NCBI GenBank assembly: GCA_963775465.1 | Contig: CAVZIW010000001.1 | Span: 352,001 to 416,000, forward strand | Length of the DNA: 64,000 nucleotides | Direction of reading: 5' to 3' | From: Candidatus Bathyarchaeota archaeon | GTDB taxonomy: Archaea > Thermoproteota > Bathyarchaeia > Bathyarchaeales > Bathycorpusculaceae | Shown: piece after piece, positions 59,665-64,000 of the stretch | How positions within the stretch are numbered: position 1 is the first letter of the stretch | Layout: every line of letters begins with the position of its first letter | Position numbers and translations under genes: made by a program | The notes under the pieces: generated by a model | Seen by the model: only the letters and a program-made list of their open reading frames with translations | The model's database searches: none | Told to the model about the DNA's origin: nothing

Positions 59665-61023
59665 TTAAGTCATAAATCGCTTCACTGCTTCGTAAAATAT
59701 GCTTGTTCCGAAAACCAAGTTCTCTATTGTTATCCGTTCATCAATGCCGTGCATACGTTTTTCCAATTCATCGTTAGGTTCATCTGGACGCATAGGATGA
59801 AAACCGTAACAAACACTTCCCGTTTCCCTAAAGAAACGCGAATCAGTTCCACCAGTAGTTAAGGTTGGAGTTACTCGACAGTTTGGCTCAAACTCCTGCA
59901 AAACGTTACTTATTTCATCAAATAGAGGTGTTTTTGTTGAAGATTCGTTACCATCATGAATCTGGATAATTTCAAAGCTTAACTTATCGAGCCCTACATC
60001 TTTAAGTAAGCTCTTAAACAAAGAAAGAGTTGCATCAACACTCTGACCCGGCAAGACACGACAATCGAAGACCGCTTCGCATTCAGAAGGAATAATATTT
60101 TCTTTGATCCCTCCGTGAATGATTGTTGGAGTAACAGTGGTTTTGATGCGAGGCCTAATTTCCTCAGCCAACATCTTTTCAGTTTCTGCTAACTCATCAA
60201 GAATTTGTTCACTTTGGTCAGGATTGCGAAGAAGACGCGAAAAATGTGTTTCAAGATCAGGGTTAATTTTTACGATTTCATTCAAGAATTGACTTAGCGT
60301 TGGAGTAAAGAAAGTTTCGGGTTGGTATTCACAGAGTTTTGTTATAACCTTATTCATTCGCACAATCGCGTTGTCTGCCGTGTTAGGCGTGGAGCCATGT
60401 CCAGGAGCGCCTTTGGCTTTTATTTTAAACCAAAGAATACCTTTCTCTGCTGTCTGCACAGGATAAACGTTACCTCTTTTCTGCGGAATAGCTAATCCTC
60501 CACCTTCATTTAGCACATAGGGACACCAAATTTTTTGTTTGTAATCTCGGAGCAAATAACCTGCACCTTCTTCGCCGCCTTTCTCTTCATCTGCTGTTGC
60601 CGCCAAAACAACATCTCCTTTCAACGGAACTTTATTCTTCTTAAGCAACTTTAATGTAAAAACTTCAACTGCGGTCATACCTTTCATGTCATAAGCACCC
60701 CTTCCATAAACATAGCCATCTTTTATGGTTCCAGCAAACGGGTCAACGCTCCATTCCCCGGGATTTGCAGCAACAACATCAAGATGTGAAAGCAACAATA
60801 AATTTGGTTTTTCGCCTGTTCCCTTAAGTCTTGTAATAACGCTGCCTCTGCCCGGAGCTGATTCGATGATTTCTGGAGAAAAACCGTCTTTAGTAAGATC
60901 CTTTGCAATAAAGTCTGCAGCTTGTACCTCGTTTCCAGGAGGATTAGTTGTGTTTATTTTTATTAATTGACTCAGGAAATGCGTAATTTCTTCTTTAATC
61001 TCAGTTAACATTTGAATTGGCAT
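59665..61023 (-). CDS. M20 family metallopeptidase/deacylase
   Basis: SHLDVV, GRGAYDMKG, ADEE, GHGS, GGTDSR, HGIDERI. Confidence 0.93.
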   Translation of the reverse strand: MPIQMLTEIKEEITHFLSQLIKINTTNPPGNEVQAADFIAKDLTKDGFSPEIIESAPGRGSVITRLKGTGEKPNLLLLSHLDVVAANPGEWSVDPFAGTIKDGYVYGRGAYDMKGMTAVEVFTLKLLKKNKVPLKGDVVLAATADEEKGGEEGAGYLLRDYKQKIWCPYVLNEGGGLAIPQKRGNVYPVQTAEKGILWFKIKAKGAPGHGSTPNTADNAIVRMNKVITKLCEYQPETFFTPTLSQFLNEIVKINPDLETHFSRLLRNPDQSEQILDELAETEKMLAEEIRPRIKTTVTPTIIHGGIKENIIPSECEAVFDCRVLPGQSVDATLSLFKSLLKDVGLDKLSFEIIQIHDGNESSTKTPLFDEISNVLQEFEPNCRVTPTLTTGGTDSRFFRETGSVCYGFHPMRPDEPNDELEKRMHGIDERITIENLVFGTSIFYEAVKRFMT

Positions 61024-61180
61024 TTTTCGAGGCGCCTCACTGTGCTAAAGGCGATTTTTCTCTTAAGAGTTGCTGTTGTGTGCTCATATTACATTGAACC
61101 GGTTTTGTTGATTATTTAACATGATGTTTATATATGATGCACAAAAATGCTATTGAATAGAAAAAAACGAGCGGATTGCA

Positions 61181-61690
61181 ATGAAAGAATTAAAACCGAT
61201 AGATTACAAAATTCTGTTTGAGCTCATGAAAGACTCCCACAGAAGTGATAGGCAACTTGCAAAAGCCTTGGGTGTTTCTCAGCCTACTGTGACCCGAAGA
61301 CGCGCAATGCTAGAAGAGAATTATATTGAAGGGTACACTGTTATCCCCAAATTCGGGCAAATCGGCTTTGAGATTGCATCAATAACATTTTTGAAGAGTA
61401 AATTAAAATATCAAAGGAATGAAGATAAAAACCAATCACTGGTTAAGATGAAAGAATGGTATCTAAAACAACCCAATGTCATAATGGTTTTAGATGGCAG
61501 AGGAATGGGTTGGGATGCAGTTTGTATTTCTATACACGAAAGCTTTGAGGACTTTGCAAAATTCATCAGAGCCCACGATTCAGAACTATCCGATTGGGTA
61601 ATTGAAAGCCAAACATTCCACTCTGACTTGAAGGGCGGAATAACAATCAAACCATTCCACCTAAAATATTTGGCTTCACTAAAACAATAA
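61181..61690 (+). CDS. Lrp/AsnC family transcriptional regulator
   Basis: IDYKILFELMKDSHRSDRQLAKALGVSQPTVTRRRAMLE HTH. Confidence 0.9.
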   Translation: MKELKPIDYKILFELMKDSHRSDRQLAKALGVSQPTVTRRRAMLEENYIEGYTVIPKFGQIGFEIASITFLKSKLKYQRNEDKNQSLVKMKEWYLKQPNVIMVLDGRGMGWDAVCISIHESFEDFAKFIRAHDSELSDWVIESQTFHSDLKGGITIKPFHLKYLASLKQ

Positions 61691-61997
61691 TACGCCTAAA
61701 ACAGGCCTTTTTCCTTTTTTATTGGTCTTTTTAGTCAACACTAAACAGAAATATTAATTATCTTCAAGTTTAAACGCGTCATCGCCGGATTTTATGGAAA
61801 CTTATCTTCGGTTACTTTTCTTCAACAGCTTTTTCTTAGGCAACTTGGGTTTTTTTACCCTATCTGCATCTGCGGTCAAACAATCACCAACAAAATATTA
61901 GGAGTATTTGGCGGATATAAAGTAATTCCAGTTACCTTAAATCGAAAAGTAGAGTTAGAGTTAAGAAATCGTCCTTGTCAATTTGAAGTTAAATATT

Positions 61998-63287
61998 TTA
62001 TTCACTATTTTCCTTTGCTTTGCTCTTTCCGAATCTAAACTTTGCTGTCAAGATCTTTTCTGTCGCAAAAAGTCTTGAGGCAATATACATTATAATTAAA
62101 GTGAACAACGCAACATATATTATCCCGAAAAGAACAGTTGCGTAGTCGCCTGTAACTACAGCTTTTGAAGCAAGGATTGGGTGGCTATAAGGTATAGCAT
62201 AAAACACTGCTTTTAAGACCAAGGGTAACGTATTCACATCAAGGTAAACTAAAGCTAAGGATGGAATAAAAATAAGTGGATAAATATAACCCACCAACGC
62301 TTGAGCTCCACGAACATTCTCACTAAACGCTGACATTACAACAGCTAATGCTAAAGCAGATAACAAGGTAAAAAATAAGCTAACACCAAGCAAAATATAT
62401 CCTAAAACATTGGGCACCAAACCCAAAGCAACCAAATTGACCCCAGAACCCAAACTGCTCGTTAAACCTGTGGATATAGACCCAATCATATAGTTGTAAC
62501 CGATCAAAACAGTAACGGCTGCAACACCTGCTACAATTATAGTGCTAGAAACTTTTCCCATCAAAATAGCAAATCGATCTACCGGAACTGTAAGAAGTGT
62601 CTCTAAGGTTTTCTCCTCTTTTTCCATCGCTACGCTTGTCGCAGCAATCTGCATAGCATAAGTGAGCATAATCATAATTGTAATCGGTAGAGCAATTGCC
62701 TGCGAGAGCAACAAACCCGAAAGAGCACTAGAATCTACGCCATATTCAATCTGACCTTTAATAATACTACTCTGTGAAATCTGGACCAAATCAGGAGCAA
62801 CTGCACGGTTAAAACCTCCAACTACAGCTGCCACAGTATTTCCACTCATCCCACTGAAAATTCCGCCACCCCCACTAAAGACACCATAAACGTTAACTAA
62901 ACCTGTCACATTCCAGGTCCCGTCAATATGAGCAGTCAGGTTTTGGCTAAATCCTGAGGGCAACTCAACAAGTGTAGTGCTATTATTTTTCGCAAGCAAG
63001 CCCTGATCCAATACAATTTGTGGAGATACATTCTCAATAAGAACAATTTTCAGAGTTCTATTTAGATACCCAACAAAAACTTTGCTCCAATTACCTCCAT
63101 CATTGTTGGTTACCAGTAGAGTTGCTGTTTGTGCTTCGGTCTGTGCGGATTGAACAGCATACCCCATAACTAAACCCAAAACGGGAAACATAATTAGGGG
63201 CAAAACTATCATTCCGACAAGGATTTTTGGATCACGCATCAGTTCTTTTAATTCCTTAAGAAGAATTATTGTAAAACCTTTAAGCAT
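61998..63287 (-). CDS. ABC-2 exporter permease (NatB-like)
   Basis: KELKELMRD, EKEEKTLETLLTVP, ILMGK, multiple TMs. Confidence 0.9.
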   Translation of the reverse strand: MLKGFTIILLKELKELMRDPKILVGMIVLPLIMFPVLGLVMGYAVQSAQTEAQTATLLVTNNDGGNWSKVFVGYLNRTLKIVLIENVSPQIVLDQGLLAKNNSTTLVELPSGFSQNLTAHIDGTWNVTGLVNVYGVFSGGGGIFSGMSGNTVAAVVGGFNRAVAPDLVQISQSSIIKGQIEYGVDSSALSGLLLSQAIALPITIMIMLTYAMQIAATSVAMEKEEKTLETLLTVPVDRFAILMGKVSSTIIVAGVAAVTVLIGYNYMIGSISTGLTSSLGSGVNLVALGLVPNVLGYILLGVSLFFTLLSALALAVVMSAFSENVRGAQALVGYIYPLIFIPSLALVYLDVNTLPLVLKAVFYAIPYSHPILASKAVVTGDYATVLFGIIYVALFTLIIMYIASRLFATEKILTAKFRFGKSKAKENSE

Positions 63288-64000
63288 AGCCAACTACCTT
63301 CATAAAAACCTCTTCCAAATTTTCACACTTGTACTCTGCTTTAAGGACCTTAGGTTTGCCTTCTAAGATGAGTTTACCTTTGTTTATAAGCGATACACGG
63401 TCACAGAGGTATTCTACTTCAAGCATGTTATGACTACTGAGAAGCACCGTTAAACCGTGTTCTTTGACATACCTCTTAATGATTTCTCTAATATGGTAAG
63501 CATGAATTATATCTAAACCGCTTGCAGGTTCATCTAGTACAGCTAATTTGGGTTGAGTCATTAAGGCGCGAGCTACAAGCAAACGCCTTTTCATACCCTT
63601 GCTGTAAGTCTTGGTTCTATCACTTAGTCGGCTTCCTAGACCACAGATATCAGCCGCCTCATTTGTCGTAACCTTGATGCTAGTGTTTGGCTTACGTTGT
63701 AGTTTAGCCATAAACTCAAGATACTCCATTCCCGTTAGGTTCTGATAAACGCCAGATTCTTCAGGTAAATAACTGATTATTTGACGTGTCTTTTCAGGTT
63801 GCTTAACTACGTCATTATCAAAAATTCTTATTGCCCCAGAAGTTGGCTTTATCAACGTGCAAATGATTCGCAAGCAAGTCGTTTTTCCAGCCCCATTAGG
63901 TCCAATTAAGCCGTATATTTCTCCGGGTTTAATGTTAAAACTAACTCCATCAAGTGCACGAATTTGCCCAAACTGTTTAATCAAAGATAAGGCGTCAACA
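63280..64000 (-). CDS. ABC exporter ATP-binding protein (NatA-like); 5' end runs beyond the window
   Basis: GPNGAGKTT, YSKGM, VLDEP, SSH; frame is open to the window edge. Confidence 0.9.
   Translation of the reverse strand, partial: VDALSLIKQFGQIRALDGVSFNIKPGEIYGLIGPNGAGKTTCLRIICTLIKPTSGAIRIFDNDVVKQPEKTRQIISYLPEESGVYQNLTGMEYLEFMAKLQRKPNTSIKVTTNEAADICGLGSRLSDRTKTYSKGMKRRLLVARALMTQPKLAVLDEPASGLDIIHAYHIREIIKRYVKEHGLTVLLSSHNMLEVEYLCDRVSLINKGKLILEGKPKVLKAEYKCENLEEVFMKVVGYA

Noticed and set aside
61810-61880. Tiny minus-strand ORF (MTADADRVKKPKLPKK...) with GGTGA SD
   Set aside because: Under 25 codons and ambiguous at an A run; cannot be supported.

Overview
AT-rich archaeal chromosomal segment. 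Gene content suggests a TACK lineage, most plausibly Bathyarchaeia (inference from the aIF-1A-Rio1-KH cluster, thaumarchaeal-type CdvB, short archaeal PurA and DUF3227/NitrOD5-like protein). Both ends hold housekeeping and transport genes: MsrA, O-methyltransferase, ribosome-biogenesis genes, HIT, DUF59, three ABC-2 exporters, GlgP, HtrA, PurA, M20 peptidase and Lrp. The middle (about 13.4-53.6 kb) is a surface/signalling region with CdvB, receiver proteins, a 3xPAS histidine kinase, a metal/redox module, a T2SSE_N-GT2 glycosyltransferase and a large type IV pilus locus that converges on a MoxR-VWA-TrmB operon. The main unusual signals are: (i) two near-identical tandem major-pilin cassettes whose differences and frameshifts sit almost entirely in discrete variable blocks, suggesting pilin diversification or a collapsed multi-allele array; (ii) an unannotated 146-nt long-hairpin RNA candidate next to the pilus locus; (iii) a box C/D sRNA whose guide fits Cm34 of tRNA-Leu(CAA); (iv) three genes apparently starting at ACG; (v) small Zn-ribbon ORFs missed by the ORF track. 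No rRNA, tRNA, CRISPR array, transposase or reverse transcriptase was seen. Several single-base frameshifts suggest residual consensus errors. All family calls come from motif recognition by eye, not from database searches.
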